Virus record (IMG/VR): IMGVR_UViG_3300049436_000043
Span: 1-26,995 of that record
Direction: 5' to 3' (one strand)
DNA length: 26,995 nucleotides
From: a virus
Taxonomy: Duplodnaviria > Caudoviricetes
The notes under the pieces are model-generated. The model was given only the letters and a program-made list of their open reading frames with translations. It made no database searches and was not told the DNA's origin. Within the stretch, counting starts at the first letter, position 1. Every line of letters begins with the position of its first letter. Below are positions 1 to 9,240 of the stretch, one piece after another. Both the position numbers and the translations under genes were made by a program.

Positions 1-23
1 GGGCTGTCCGGATGGATGCGGCC

Positions 24-329
24 ATGGCGCTCAAGGCGATGACGACATTGCTGCAGCCGATGGCCCCGATCGTCAGGGCCATGCCGAAGGTCGCCGATCC
101 GTTCTACCTCTCGCCGGAATGGCGCGGGCTGATGCGCCGGATCAAAAAAGAACGCGGCGTGCATTGCGAGCATTGCGGGGCAGGCGGGCGGATCATCGGG
201 GACCATGTCGTCGAGATCAAGGATGGCGGGGATCGGCTCGATCCGCGCAACGTCCGGCTCATGTGCATGCCGTGCCATAACAGGAAGACGGCGAAGGCCA
301 GGGGGAAGCGGGCACGGGGGGGGGTGTAA
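24..329 (+). CDS. Terminase-associated HNH endonuclease (HK97 gp74-like)
   Basis: FYLSPEW...CEHC...DHVVEIKDGG...NVRLMCMPCHNRKT motifs, directly upstream of terS. The ORF is open back to ATG 12, so the start is uncertain. Confidence 0.9.
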   Translation: MALKAMTTLLQPMAPIVRAMPKVADPFYLSPEWRGLMRRIKKERGVHCEHCGAGGRIIGDHVVEIKDGGDRLDPRNVRLMCMPCHNRKTAKARGKRARGGV

Positions 330-386
330 AGTTCGGAGGGCGCCGCGCGTTTGCACCGCATCCCCCCCAACTGGCGGATTTTTTTT
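316..386 (+). other. Putative cos/packaging region
   Basis: G9 run (316-324), C7 run (362-368) and T8 run (379-386) between HNH and terS, the usual cos location in HNH-terS-terL phages. Confidence 0.55.
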
Positions 387-401
387 CTTGAGGGTGTTTT
401 T

Positions 402-863
402 ATGGAGGTTGATCTGTTCGGCGACCCTGTTCTGCGCCGGCGGGACGGGCGGGGGAGGCCTGAGCATCTCTGGACCCGCGAAAACAGCAACAAGGTGCTG
501 CTCGCCTTCGCGCGAGGGCTGAGCGCAAAGGACGCGGCAATGAGCATCGGGGTCTCGGTGCCGACGCTGCGCAAGATTTATTTTTCCGAGGTCGAAAAGC
601 GCCGGGATGCGCGACTCCGGCTTGAGATAACGCAGCTCGCCAGGCTCAATGGTCTGGCCGAGAAGGGCAGCGTGCCCGCAGAAAAGGAATTGATGAAACA
701 GATGGACCGGCTCCGCCAGCGCGACCTGGCACAAGCCTTGGCATCGGCCGCGCCGGCCTCTGCCAAGGGAAAGCCGCTCGGCAAGAAGGAGTCGGCGTTG
801 CGCGCGGCAGAGGCGGTGCGCGGGCTCTACGAGCCGCCCCCGCCGCCGGTCCGGATAAACTGA
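402..863 (+). CDS. terS: Terminase small subunit (HTH-containing)
   Basis: ATG 402 after GAGGG; HTH-like ARGLSAKDAAMSIGVSVPTLRKIY; stop overlaps terL start (TGATG). Confidence 0.75.
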   Translation: MEVDLFGDPVLRRRDGRGRPEHLWTRENSNKVLLAFARGLSAKDAAMSIGVSVPTLRKIYFSEVEKRRDARLRLEITQLARLNGLAEKGSVPAEKELMKQMDRLRQRDLAQALASAAPASAKGKPLGKKESALRAAEAVRGLYEPPPPPVRIN

Positions 864-2656
864 TGGGTGCGCAGTGGACGACCGCCTGCCCGGACTGGGA
901 GCAGCGAATTGTCGACCGGCGGTCACTGGTGCCGTTCCCGCCGCTGTTCGCAGGAGAGGCGGCCGCAGCGCTCGATGTCTTCAAGTCCCTGATCATGGTC
1001 GGCGTGCCCCGGACAGACGGGCGCCGGGGATGGGCCACCTTCGGCGAGGCGTGCGAGCCGTTTGTCTTTGACTTCGTCGGCGCGATCTTCGGCGCCTATG
1101 ACCCGGCTGCGGGCAAGCGGCTGATTACGGAATTCATGCTGCTGATCAGCAAGAAGAACAGCAAGTCGACGATCGCGGCGGGGATCATGGTCACCGCGCT
1201 GCTCCGAAACTGGCGCGATCTGGCCGAACTGACAATTCTGGCGCCGACACAGAAGGTCGCCGGCAACAGCTTCAAGCCCGCCGCCGCGATGGTGCGCGCG
1301 GCCCCGGAACTGGAGGAGATCCTGAAGGTCGTCGGCCATGAGAAGAAGATCCAGCACATGGTGACGCACGCCGAACTGAAAGTCGTCGCAGCCGATTCAA
1401 ACACGGTTGGCGGATCACAGGCCGGCTTTGTTTTGATCGATGAACTCTGGCTGTTCGGCAAGCGGGCCAGCGCCGGCGACATGCTTGAAGAGGCGACCGG
1501 CGGACTCGCCGCCCGTCCCGAGGGGTTCGTCATCTACCTCTCGACGCACAGCGATGAGGCGCCGGTCGGCGTGTTCAAGGAGAAGCTTCAATATTTCCGC
1601 GACGTGCGCGACGGGCTGATCGATGACCCGCAGTGCCTGGGGGTGTTGTACGAGTGGCCGGAGGCGCTGATCGAGTCTCGGGCCTATCTGAAGCCCGAGA
1701 ATTTCTATGTCACCAACCCCAATCTCGGCCGATCGGTGACAGGCGAGTATATTGAGAGAAAGTTGCTGCGGGCGACGGCGGGCGAGGTCGATGTCGACGA
1801 GGATGGCGAGCAGGAGACGCTGCAGGGCGTGCTCGCCAAATATCTGAATGTCGAGATCGGCCTGCGTCAGAGGCGGGACCGCTGGCGCGGCGCGGACTTC
1901 TGGGAGTCCGCCGCAAATCCTGACCTGACGCTGGAATCGCTGCTGGCCCGATGCGAGGTCGTGACGATCGGCATAGATGGTGGCGGGCTAGACGATCTGT
2001 TCGGCCTGTGCGTCGCGGGTCGCGCGCGGGGCACGCTCAAGTGGCTCTACTGGTTCAAGGCCTGGGCGTGGCCCGAGGTGCTCAAGCGGCGCAAGAGCGA
2101 AGCCTCGACCCTGAAGGGATTCATTGCTGATGGCGATCTGGTGATGTGCGGTGGCGCAGATTCGGCCATGGATGACTGGAGCGACGAGATCCGGGGCGAG
2201 GAGCAAGCCGCTCGCGCGCAGAATTATGTCGAGCAGGATATCGCCGAGATCGTCGCAATCGCGGAGCGGGTAAAAGACTCCGGCCTGCTGCCCGCGTCCG
2301 GCGCGATCGGGCTGGACCCTCAAGATGTCGGTGTCCTGGTCCAGGCGCTGGCCGGCATCGGCCTCACGCATCCGCAGGTCGTGGCCGTGCCGCAGGGGTT
2401 CCGGTTGACCTCGGCGCCATGGGCGTTGGAGCGCAAGCTGAAATTCGGAATGGCCGAACATGACGGCTCGGCGATGATGAGATGGTGCGTCGGCAACGCG
2501 AAGGCGGAGCAGCGCGGCAATGCGATCGTGATTCTGAAACAGGCATCGGGCAAGGCGAAGATCGACCCGCTGATTGCCGGATTCAACGCGACGAAACTGC
2601 TGGAGGCGAATCCATCCGGTCTCGCGCGGTCGTTTTGGGAAACGGCGGCGGCATGA
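863..2656 (+). CDS. terL: Terminase large subunit
   Basis: Walker A-like ISKKNSKST, Walker B VLIDE, nuclease-domain IGIDGGGLDD and C-terminal KIDPLIA. Confidence 0.95.
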   Translation: MGAQWTTACPDWEQRIVDRRSLVPFPPLFAGEAAAALDVFKSLIMVGVPRTDGRRGWATFGEACEPFVFDFVGAIFGAYDPAAGKRLITEFMLLISKKNSKSTIAAGIMVTALLRNWRDLAELTILAPTQKVAGNSFKPAAAMVRAAPELEEILKVVGHEKKIQHMVTHAELKVVAADSNTVGGSQAGFVLIDELWLFGKRASAGDMLEEATGGLAARPEGFVIYLSTHSDEAPVGVFKEKLQYFRDVRDGLIDDPQCLGVLYEWPEALIESRAYLKPENFYVTNPNLGRSVTGEYIERKLLRATAGEVDVDEDGEQETLQGVLAKYLNVEIGLRQRRDRWRGADFWESAANPDLTLESLLARCEVVTIGIDGGGLDDLFGLCVAGRARGTLKWLYWFKAWAWPEVLKRRKSEASTLKGFIADGDLVMCGGADSAMDDWSDEIRGEEQAARAQNYVEQDIAEIVAIAERVKDSGLLPASGAIGLDPQDVGVLVQALAGIGLTHPQVVAVPQGFRLTSAPWALERKLKFGMAEHDGSAMMRWCVGNAKAEQRGNAIVILKQASGKAKIDPLIAGFNATKLLEANPSGLARSFWETAAA

Positions 2657-2847
2657 CAAGGTGGATCTGCAGGCTGTGCCGGGCCGTGGCTGCGGCGCTC
2701 GCACCGCATCTGCGCGATACCTGCGGCCTGGCCGGAGGCGCCTCGATCGCATGGGGATGCGGCATGATCTATCTGCCTGCCGGCTTCATCGTGGGCGGGG
2801 CGATGCTGCTGGCCGGCGCGATCCTGACGGCACAGCCGACCCGATGA
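2653..2847 (+). CDS. Small membrane protein between terL and portal
   Basis: 64 aa with hydrophobic GLAGGASIAWGCGMIYLPAGFIVGGAMLLAGAIL; ATGA overlaps at both ends. Confidence 0.75.
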   Translation: MTRWICRLCRAVAAALAPHLRDTCGLAGGASIAWGCGMIYLPAGFIVGGAMLLAGAILTAQPTR

Positions 2848-4085
2848 GCGGACTGTTCGACCGGATTGCCGGCGGCATTCAGGGCAAGTCGGCGATGGTG
2901 CTGGACCGGCTGCCCGACTTTCTGATGGCGCCGGCGACCCGATCCGGCGTCACGGTGACTTATGCGACCGCCCTGCAGGTGACGGCGGTCCTGGCCTGCG
3001 CGCGGGTCATCGGCGAGGGGCTTGCCCAGGCGCCGTGCAAGGTGCTGCGCCGTCGCGAGAATGGGCGCGGCGCCGATGTGGCGCGCACGCATCCGCTGAA
3101 CCGGCTGCTCTCGCTCTGCCCGATGGACGGGCAGACCGCGTTCGAATTCATCGAGACGGCGGCCATGCACATGGCGCTGGTCGGCAACGCCTATGCCTTC
3201 GTCAACCGGGCCGGCGGCGCGATCGTCGAGATCGTCCTGCTGGACCCGACCAAGGTCAAGGTCATCCGCCGCAACGATCTCTCGCTCCACTATGAGGTGA
3301 CGGGCGAGGATGGTGTGACGCGGATGATGCCGGGCGGCACGATCTGGCACATGCGCGGCATCTCGTGGAATGGCTTCACCGGCCTGGAGACTGTCCGCCT
3401 GGCCCGCGAGGCCGTGGGCCTGTCGATCGCGCTGGAGGAATCGCACGCCCGCCAGCATCGCGACGGGATCAAGGCGTCCGGCGCGTACAGTGTCGAAGGC
3501 AATCTTTCGGCGGAGCAGCACGCGCAACTGACGCTCTGGCTGAAAGAGGCGGCCAGCGGCGCGAATGTCGGGGCGCCGCTGATCCTTGACCGGGGAGCGA
3601 AGTGGCTCTCCCAGGAGATGACCGGCGTCGACCAGCAGCATCTGGAGACGCGCCGCTTTCAGATCGAGGAGATATGCCGGGCGATGCGGGTCATCCCGCT
3701 GATGGTCGGCCTCTCCGAGAAGACGGCGACCTATGCCAGCGTGGAGCAGATGTTCCTGCAGCATGCGGTGCACGGCCTGGCGCCGTGGGCGACGCGCATG
3801 GAACAGTCGGCCATGATCAACCTCCTGACCCGCAAGGAGCAGGAGGAAGGCTATTTCATCAAGTTCAACCTCTCGGCGCTGATGCGCGGCGACTATAAAT
3901 CGCGGCAGGAGGGTCTGCAGATCCAGCGGCGCAACGGGGTCATCAACGCCGAAGAATGGCGCGACCTTGAGGACATGAACCCGCGCGGTGACCCCGGCGG
4001 CGCGCAATATATCGTCGAGGGCAACATGGCGGTGCAGGACGGCCGCGACCTCGTGCAGATGAATTCGGCAAAGACTGGGGGCTGA
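2844..4085 (+). CDS. HK97-family portal protein
   Basis: ALQVTAVLACARVI, LVGNAYA, IWHMRG, QHLETRRFQIEEICR...VIPLMVG motifs; ATG 2844 coupled to the upstream stop. Confidence 0.95.
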   Translation: MSGLFDRIAGGIQGKSAMVLDRLPDFLMAPATRSGVTVTYATALQVTAVLACARVIGEGLAQAPCKVLRRRENGRGADVARTHPLNRLLSLCPMDGQTAFEFIETAAMHMALVGNAYAFVNRAGGAIVEIVLLDPTKVKVIRRNDLSLHYEVTGEDGVTRMMPGGTIWHMRGISWNGFTGLETVRLAREAVGLSIALEESHARQHRDGIKASGAYSVEGNLSAEQHAQLTLWLKEAASGANVGAPLILDRGAKWLSQEMTGVDQQHLETRRFQIEEICRAMRVIPLMVGLSEKTATYASVEQMFLQHAVHGLAPWATRMEQSAMINLLTRKEQEEGYFIKFNLSALMRGDYKSRQEGLQIQRRNGVINAEEWRDLEDMNPRGDPGGAQYIVEGNMAVQDGRDLVQMNSAKTGG

Positions 4086-4088
4086 TCC

Positions 4089-4754
4089 ATGGACCGACTG
4101 GCATTCGACTGCGAAGTCAAACTCGCCGGCGACGACACGACCATCGGCACGGTCGAGGGTTATGCGTCGATGTTCAACATCATCGACCGCGGCGGCGACA
4201 TCGTGATGCCCGGTTCGTTCAAGGCGTCGCTCGCCGAGTGGAAGCGCAGGAAGTCCATGCTGCCGATGCTCTGGCAGCATGACAGCTTCACGCCCATCGG
4301 CGGATGGTCCGAGATCGGCGAGGACGACAAGGGGCTGCGGGTCAAGGGCGATCTGGTGATGGATGTGCCGCAGGCCGCCGCCGCGCGGGCGCTGGTGCTG
4401 GCCGGCGTGATCAAGGGGCTGTCGATCGGATACCGCACCGTCGACTATGAGATCGACCGGGTGACCGGGGTCCGCAAGATCAAGAAGGCCGAGCTTTGGG
4501 AGGTGTCGCTGGTGACGCACCCGATGCAGCCCGAAGCACAGATCACCGGGGTGAAGAGCGACTTCAACCCCCGAGAACTGGAGCGCCTGCTGCGCTCCGA
4601 CGCGAATCTGTCGAGCGCCGACGCCGTGAAGGCTGTCGCGATCGTCAAGAAGCATCTCCGTGATGGAGGTGGACAGCCCGAGCATGACCCCCGTGACGGG
4701 GCCAAGGATATGCTCATGTCCCTGCGCCGAGCGGCTGAAACGCTCCGCGCATAG
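4089..4754 (+). CDS. HK97-family prohead protease
   Basis: EGYASMF, DRGGDIVMPGSF, MLWQHD, GLSIGY, LWEVSLVT motifs. Confidence 0.95.
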   Translation: MDRLAFDCEVKLAGDDTTIGTVEGYASMFNIIDRGGDIVMPGSFKASLAEWKRRKSMLPMLWQHDSFTPIGGWSEIGEDDKGLRVKGDLVMDVPQAAAARALVLAGVIKGLSIGYRTVDYEIDRVTGVRKIKKAELWEVSLVTHPMQPEAQITGVKSDFNPRELERLLRSDANLSSADAVKAVAIVKKHLRDGGGQPEHDPRDGAKDMLMSLRRAAETLRA

Positions 4755-4767
4755 CAAGGAAACCATC

Positions 4768-6126
4768 ATGAAGATCATTTCGCGTGGCGCGCTCCTGGCG
4801 GGCGCGACCCCTCTGCTTGCGCCCGCCCCCGAGCGGAAGGACGGCGAGAGCCTGACCGTGGAGGTCAAGGAAGCCGTCGATGCGCTGGCCAAGGTATTCG
4901 AGACGTTCAAGGTGAAGAACGACGAACGCCTCACCCAGCTGGAGAAGAAGGGCGCCGAGGATGGCGTGACCAAGGACGAGGTCGAGAAGCTGAACGCGGC
5001 GATCGACTCCGGCCAGGCCGAGCTGAAGAAGCGGCTCGACGAGATGGAGGCGAAGGCGAACCGGCTCCAGATCTTCGGCGGCGGCGCCGACGCGCAGGCC
5101 GAGGTCAAGAAGGCGAAGGACTTCGCCGACCTGATCGAGCGGAAGGATTTCGGCGTCGAGCAGATGGCCGAATACAAGGGTCATCTCGACCACTTCATCC
5201 GCCGCAACGAAATCAAGGCGCAAACGATGATGGTCGCCGCCGATCCGGCCGGCGGCTTCTGGGTCACGCCCGACACGTCCGGCCGCATGGTGAAGAAGAT
5301 CTACGAGAGCACGCCGATGCGGCAGCTCGCCAATGTCGTGACGATCGGCACCGACCGGCTCGAAGGGCCGATCGACAATGGCGAGATGGACGCGCAGTGG
5401 GTCGGCGAGGTCCAGACCCGCAGCCAGACCGACACGCCGCAGCTCGGCATGTGGGCGATCCCGGTCAACGAGCTTTATGCCTATCCGATGGTGACGCAGA
5501 AGCTGCTCGAAGACGCGAAGATGGATGTCGAGGGATGGCTGGGCATGAAGGCGGCGGACAAGTTCTCCCGCAAGGAAAATGCCGGGTTCATCACCGGCGA
5601 CGGCGCGCTCAAGCCGATGGGCATCGCCGCCTACCCGACCGCCGCGACCGATGACAGCAGCCGCGCATGGGGCACGTTCCAGCACATCGTCACCGGCACG
5701 AACGGCGGCTATGGCGCATCGAACCCGGCGGACAAGCTGATCGACCTGATCTTCGAGCTGAAGTCGGGCTATCGCCAGAATGCCAGCTTCCTGATGGCGC
5801 GCCGCACCATGGCCGCCACGCGCAAGCTGAAGGACGGCCAGGGCAACTATCTGGTCGACCTGCGCCTGCGCGACGGATCTCTGGTCGAGAGCATCTTCGG
5901 CTTTCCGGTCGTCACCGGCGAGGACATGCCCGCGCTGGCCAGCAACGGCCTGTGCGTCGCGTTCGGCGACTTCGCCGAGGCCTACATCATCCTCGATCGG
6001 CTCGGCATCTCGGTCATCCGGGACAATGTCACCAAGCCCGGTTTCGTGAAGTATCTGATGCGCAAGCGGGTCGGCGGCGGTGCCGTCAACTTCGAGGCGC
6101 TGAAGTTCCTCAAGTTCTCGACCTGA
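4768..6126 (+). CDS. HK97-fold major capsid protein with N-terminal delta/scaffold coiled coil
   Basis: AAGGA RBS before ATG 4768; coiled-coil N-terminus; GGFWVTPD, TQKLLEDA, FITGDG, LKDGQGNYL, AFGDF, RVGG motifs. Confidence 0.95.
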   Translation: MKIISRGALLAGATPLLAPAPERKDGESLTVEVKEAVDALAKVFETFKVKNDERLTQLEKKGAEDGVTKDEVEKLNAAIDSGQAELKKRLDEMEAKANRLQIFGGGADAQAEVKKAKDFADLIERKDFGVEQMAEYKGHLDHFIRRNEIKAQTMMVAADPAGGFWVTPDTSGRMVKKIYESTPMRQLANVVTIGTDRLEGPIDNGEMDAQWVGEVQTRSQTDTPQLGMWAIPVNELYAYPMVTQKLLEDAKMDVEGWLGMKAADKFSRKENAGFITGDGALKPMGIAAYPTAATDDSSRAWGTFQHIVTGTNGGYGASNPADKLIDLIFELKSGYRQNASFLMARRTMAATRKLKDGQGNYLVDLRLRDGSLVESIFGFPVVTGEDMPALASNGLCVAFGDFAEAYIILDRLGISVIRDNVTKPGFVKYLMRKRVGGGAVNFEALKFLKFST

Positions 6127-6142
6127 TCAACCCGACTGTCTT

Positions 6143-6173
6143 GACGCGGCGGCGCATCCGGTGCCGCCGCGTC
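6143..6173 (+). terminator. Strong stem-loop after capsid gene (mRNA stabiliser or partial terminator)
   Basis: GACGCGGCGGCGC-ATCCG-GTGCCGCCGCGTC: 13-bp stem with one G-U pair and no U tract. Confidence 0.5.
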
Positions 6174-6222
6174 CACCCCACTGCGCGCGGCGCGATCGCC
6201 GCGTGAACGAAAGGAAATTGCC

Positions 6223-6672
6223 ATGACCCCGGAACGGGACAATGCCACCCTCATGTCGCCGGTGACGGCGATTGCCCCGGCGGTGCTCGCCGCCGACAAC
6301 ACGCCCGCCGCGATCGACCTGCGCGGCCATGGCGCCGCCACCCTGCTGCTCGCCGTCGCGACCGGCGGCATCTCCTTCAGCGGCACGAACAAGATCGAGT
6401 TCGTGCTTACGCACAGCGATGACGGCACGACCTACACGGCGGTGACCGATGACGACCTGGTGAAGGATGCGCTGGCACCCGCCACCGTCACGTCGGGCAT
6501 CGTCCGATCCCTCGTCGCCGCCCACGCATCGCCGACGCTGCAGAAGCTCGGCTATATCGGCGGCAAGAACTACCTCAAGCTGCTTGCCGACTTCTCCGGC
6601 ACGCACGGCACCGGAACGGGGATCGCCGCCATCGCCGTCCTCGGCCTGCCCGATCTGGCGGGCGCGGCCTGA
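6223..6672 (+). CDS. Putative capsid decoration/auxiliary head protein
   Basis: 149-aa beta-rich ORF with AAAGGA RBS immediately after the capsid gene; call is positional. Confidence 0.55.
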   Translation: MTPERDNATLMSPVTAIAPAVLAADNTPAAIDLRGHGAATLLLAVATGGISFSGTNKIEFVLTHSDDGTTYTAVTDDDLVKDALAPATVTSGIVRSLVAAHASPTLQKLGYIGGKNYLKLLADFSGTHGTGTGIAAIAVLGLPDLAGAA

Positions 6673-6675
6673 ACC

Positions 6676-7242
6676 ATGAAAGCCCTCGCGCCCTCCAGGA
6701 CGGTGGCCCCGTCCGGCGAACTGCTGAGCCTGGCGGGCGCGAAGGCCTATCTGCGCATCGACACCGCCGATGAGGACGCCCTGCTCGCGGACCTCATCGC
6801 CGCCGCCGTGGCGCGGTTCGACGGCTATTCCGGCGTGATCGGTCGCGCCCTGCTGGCCCAGACATGGGCGCAGGCGTTCGACAGATTCCCGGAGGGGGCC
6901 GAGTTCCGCCTCCCGGTCGGGAAGCTCATCGAGCTGGTTTCGGTGCAATATTACGACACGGCCGGCGACATCCAGAGCTTCACCGGATGCTTTGCGGTGG
7001 AAGATGCGATCGGCCCGCTCGTCGTGCTCCAGCAGGGGCAGAGCTGGCCATCGACGGCCACCCGCCCGGATGCGGTGCGCGCCACCTGGCGATGCGGCCA
7101 CGCCACCGACGATCCGGCGCTGGCGCGGATCGTCCAGGCGATCCGGATGACCGTCGCCTACTGGCACGAGAATCGCGAGGCGGGCGACCTGCCGCCCGGT
7201 GTCGCCGCGCAGATCGGCGAACTGTCGGCGGTCGGCCTGTGA
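6676..7242 (+). CDS. Head-tail connector (gp6/phiE125 gp8-like)
   Basis: LSLAGAKAYLRID...EDALLADLIAAA...GRALLAQTW...QAIRMTVAYWHENRE. Confidence 0.9.
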   Translation: MKALAPSRTVAPSGELLSLAGAKAYLRIDTADEDALLADLIAAAVARFDGYSGVIGRALLAQTWAQAFDRFPEGAEFRLPVGKLIELVSVQYYDTAGDIQSFTGCFAVEDAIGPLVVLQQGQSWPSTATRPDAVRATWRCGHATDDPALARIVQAIRMTVAYWHENREAGDLPPGVAAQIGELSAVGL

Positions 7243-7574
7243 TCCGCGCGGGGGAGATGGACCAGCGCATTGCGCTGCTCGCCGCGGCGCTGGCGCAGGG
7301 TGGTCCCGGCGAGGCGGTCGAGACATGGACGCTGATGCGCAGCGTGTGGGCGCGGGCGATGGAGGGTGCCGGCCGCGAGTTCGTCGCGGCCGGGCAGGTC
7401 GCGCCGCAGGGGCGCGTGGCATTCAAGATCCGGTGGGCCAGCGACATTGCCGTCGTCGGCGCCCGGCTGCGGGTGGGCTGGTCCGGCGGGCTCTACGAAG
7501 TGGTGAATGCGACCGGATCCCGACATGGCGGCGAGATGTGGCTGCATTGCCAGAAGATCGGGGTCTACCCATGA
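7239..7574 (+). CDS. Head closure/head-tail adaptor (SPP1 gp16-like)
   Basis: GTG 7239 overlaps upstream TGA; IRAGEMDQRI...VWA...FKIRW...RVGWSGGLYEV. Confidence 0.8.
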   Translation: MIRAGEMDQRIALLAAALAQGGPGEAVETWTLMRSVWARAMEGAGREFVAAGQVAPQGRVAFKIRWASDIAVVGARLRVGWSGGLYEVVNATGSRHGGEMWLHCQKIGVYP

Positions 7575-8065
7575 ACATGAAGGTCCGGGGTCTGGGCGAT
7601 ATCAACAAGATATTCAAGAAACTGCCCGAGCGGCTCGAGCGCAATGTCGTGCGCACCGCGCTGCGCGCCGGCGGGCGGGTGGTCCGCCGTGAGGCCCGCA
7701 GCAATCTGGCGGCGTCCCCGTCGATCGACACCGGGCTGCTTTCGCAGAGCCTCGGCCTTGCGGAACGGAAGAAGTCGGCGAGCGGCGGCATCGTCATCTC
7801 GCTCGGCGCGCGGAAAGGATTCAAGAAGAGCGTCGTCCGCAAGGGGCGGCTCAAGGCCTCGGTCGCCAACCCTGCGAAATATCTCCACCTTGTGGAATTT
7901 GGCACCCGAACCATGCCGGCCGAGCCGTTTCTGCGCCCGGCGATCGCCAGCGCCGGCGGCGAGGCGATCAAGGCCATCCTCGCCAGCGCCGCCGCAGGCG
8001 TCGCGCGGGAGACGGCACATCTGGCCGCCGGCCGCAAGAACTTCGTCACGGGCAAGAAGCGCTGA
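7571..8065 (+). CDS. HK97 gp10-family neck/tail component
   Basis: MKVRGL, ALRAGG, DTGLL, HLVEFGTRTMPAEPFLRPA. Confidence 0.9.
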   Translation: MNMKVRGLGDINKIFKKLPERLERNVVRTALRAGGRVVRREARSNLAASPSIDTGLLSQSLGLAERKKSASGGIVISLGARKGFKKSVVRKGRLKASVANPAKYLHLVEFGTRTMPAEPFLRPAIASAGGEAIKAILASAAAGVARETAHLAAGRKNFVTGKKR

Positions 8066-8068
8066 TCC

Positions 8069-8464
8069 ATGTCCGCCGAGGGAGATCTCTACACCCTGCT
8101 GGCCGGGGTCGGCGGGATCGTGACGATCATCACTGGCGCGAAAGGGCTGCGGCTCGGCCTGAAAGGCGGCCTGCCGGCCGATGGCGTGCTGATGCCGGCC
8201 GTGACCTATGAGCGCGTCTCCACCGTTCCGAGCGACGACCTGACCAGCGGCGGCGCGCTCGATCAGGTGCGGATGCAGATCGACAGCTGGGGCGAGACTG
8301 CGGCGCAGGCGATCGACCTCGCCGACATGGTCCGCGACGCCATCGCTCCGGCCGCGACGACCGGCACGGGCACGCTGGCGGACCGGGACGGCCCGAGGCT
8401 CGACATCGAGACGCGCGCATGGGGCGTGCGGCAGGACTTCATCATCTGGGAAGAAAGGACATAG
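8069..8464 (+). CDS. Tail terminator/completion protein (DUF3168-like)
   Basis: PAVTYERVS, RMQIDSWG, AIDLADMVRDAI; lies just before the tail tube gene. Confidence 0.8.
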   Translation: MSAEGDLYTLLAGVGGIVTIITGAKGLRLGLKGGLPADGVLMPAVTYERVSTVPSDDLTSGGALDQVRMQIDSWGETAAQAIDLADMVRDAIAPAATTGTGTLADRDGPRLDIETRAWGVRQDFIIWEERT

Positions 8465-8467
8465 AAC

Positions 8468-8896
8468 GTGGCAAAGATCAAAAGCCAGGGCACGACGCTG
8501 CACATCTCCAGCGAGAATGCCGACGCGACCGTTTATGCGAGCGCGACCTTCGTCAAGGTCAACGGGCTGCGGACCATCGGTTCGCCCGATGGCGAGGCGA
8601 GCGAGATCGACACGACCGACCTGGACTCGGCCGCCGCCGAATTCATGATGGGCGTGCCGGACAACGGCAAGTTCGCGGCGGCCGGCCATGCCGTCGACGG
8701 CGATGCGGGGCAGGCCGAGCTGCTCGATGCGCGCAACACGCAGCAGCTGCGCTGGGTGAAGATCACGGACAGCGCGGCGAACGTCGCCTATTTCAAGGCG
8801 GTCGTGACGCGCTATTCCGACATCGGCGCCGAGGTGAACGGGGTGAGGCCGCTGGAGGCCAGCTTCCGCATTTCGGGAGCGATCACCTATGTCTGA
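8468..8896 (+). CDS. Tail tube (major tail) protein
   Basis: GTG start after GAAAGGA; SQGTTLHI, EIDTTDLDS...EFMMGVPDNG, FRISG. Confidence 0.88.
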   Translation: MAKIKSQGTTLHISSENADATVYASATFVKVNGLRTIGSPDGEASEIDTTDLDSAAAEFMMGVPDNGKFAAAGHAVDGDAGQAELLDARNTQQLRWVKITDSAANVAYFKAVVTRYSDIGAEVNGVRPLEASFRISGAITYV

Positions 8897-9203
8897 TCCG
8901 CGCAGCATCATCCTGCACAATGTCGCCGGGTCCGCACTCACCCCGGTCGCCGGGATTGCCGGCGCGTACATCCGCGAACTGTCGATCGAGGATGTCGACG
9001 CGATCGATGTCGGCACCGCCGAGGGCAGCGCCCGGCTGCTGGCCGCCGCGCTGGTCGACGCGGCGGGGGCGCCGCTGTTCACCCCGGACGATATCGCCGC
9101 GCTGGCCCGGCTCAAGATCGGCGTCTTCTCCGGGCTCTTCCGCCAGGTGAATGCCGCGAACGGGATATCCGGCGAAGCGGCGGAGGATCTGGCAAAAAAC
9201 TGA
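8889..9203 (+). CDS. Tail assembly chaperone (lambda G-like)
   Basis: Between tube and tape measure genes; LVDAAGAPLFTPDD; ends ...AKN* on a slippery heptamer. Confidence 0.85.
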   Translation: MSDPRSIILHNVAGSALTPVAGIAGAYIRELSIEDVDAIDVGTAEGSARLLAAALVDAAGAPLFTPDDIAALARLKIGVFSGLFRQVNAANGISGEAAEDLAKN

Positions 9204-9240
9204 GAGCGAGCCCGGAGCGGCGCTTCCGCTTCAGGCTCGC
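9194..9240 (+). promoter_or_regulatory. Programmed -1 frameshift signal (A AAA AAC plus downstream hairpin)
   Basis: Heptamer 9194-9200; stem-loop 9206-9240 (GCGAGCC/GGCTCGC outer, GGAGCGG/CCGCTTC inner); -1 frame open to 9553. Confidence 0.85.

Noticed and set aside
4768-4830. Signal-peptide-like N-terminus of the capsid protein
   Set aside because: Short, Pro-interrupted hydrophobic stretch within the presumably cleaved delta domain; export is implausible.
2769-5177. 802-aa minus-strand ORF
   Set aside because: Antisense shadow of portal, protease and capsid genes; no motifs; expected in high-GC coding DNA.
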